A stretch of DNA of 64,000 nt from Octopus vulgaris (lineage: Eukaryota), in assembly GCA_951406725.2 (NCBI GenBank), contig OX597842.1, positions 19,778,001-19,842,000 of the forward strand, read 5' to 3'. The notes beneath the pieces were generated by a model. That model had not been told where the DNA came from. It saw only the letters and a program-made list of their open reading frames with translations, and searched no databases. Numbering within the stretch: position 1 is the first letter of the stretch; the number at the start of each line of letters is the position of its first letter. The position numbers and the translations under genes are program-made. This document shows, in pieces, positions 63,725 to 64,000 of the stretch.

Positions 63725-64000
63725 CTGAAATAATGAAATCAGTTAAGAAGTTTGCTTCCAAATCATATGTTCCCGGGTTCAGTCCCACTACACTGCACCT
63801 TGGGAAAGTGTCTTCTACTACAGCCTGTGTGGATTTGCTAGATGGAAACTGAAAGAAGCCCATTGTATGTATCTGTGTGTGTGTGTATGTATATGTGTGT
63901 GTGTATATATGTATATACATACACACTTGTGTGTTTCAAAGCCTTGTGAGTGTATTTGATAGATGGAAACTGAAAGAAGCCCTTTGTTTATATATATGTA

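Larger units (their letters stand above)
54160..64000 (+). repeat. Tandem duplication units of about 5.3 kb, each carrying one Ig-like exon
   Basis: About 54160-58725 recurs at about 59478-64000 with an offset near 5280 bp, and the array runs off the window. Confidence 0.92.

Overview
AT-rich, repeat-dense eukaryotic DNA, most likely from an octopus or other coleoid cephalopod. This is inferred from the H2A sequence, the intron-free MPKE...CDICGKSF C2H2 zinc-finger genes, the SINE families and the TA microsatellites; no database search was run. From left to right the window holds: (1) a divergent replication-dependent H2B/H2A pair with 3' stem-loops; (2) two tandem C2H2-ZNF paralogues, one intact with 8 fingers and one with about 27 fingers and a disrupted 5' part, plus a third gutted copy near 46-48 kb; (3) many SINEs, RTE/CR1 LINE pieces, and piggyBac, pogo, Chapaev-like, Helitron and Merlin-like elements. 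The main finding is hidden from the ORF track by splicing. It is a duplicated minus-strand gene family built from five open 249-bp phase-1/phase-1 exons, each encoding a non-canonical Ig-like domain, which splice in frame onto a terminal transmembrane exon. Gene A has 2 Ig-like exons and an intact TM exon. Gene B has at least 3 Ig-like exons and a TM exon with a stop at codon 3. The exons are more diverged than adjacent introns, the changes are mostly amino-acid replacing, and motifs are shared in a patchwork. This pattern suggests a rapidly diversifying recognition-receptor system (immune, allorecognition or neural). Exon coordinates were read by hand; repeat boundaries are approximate.
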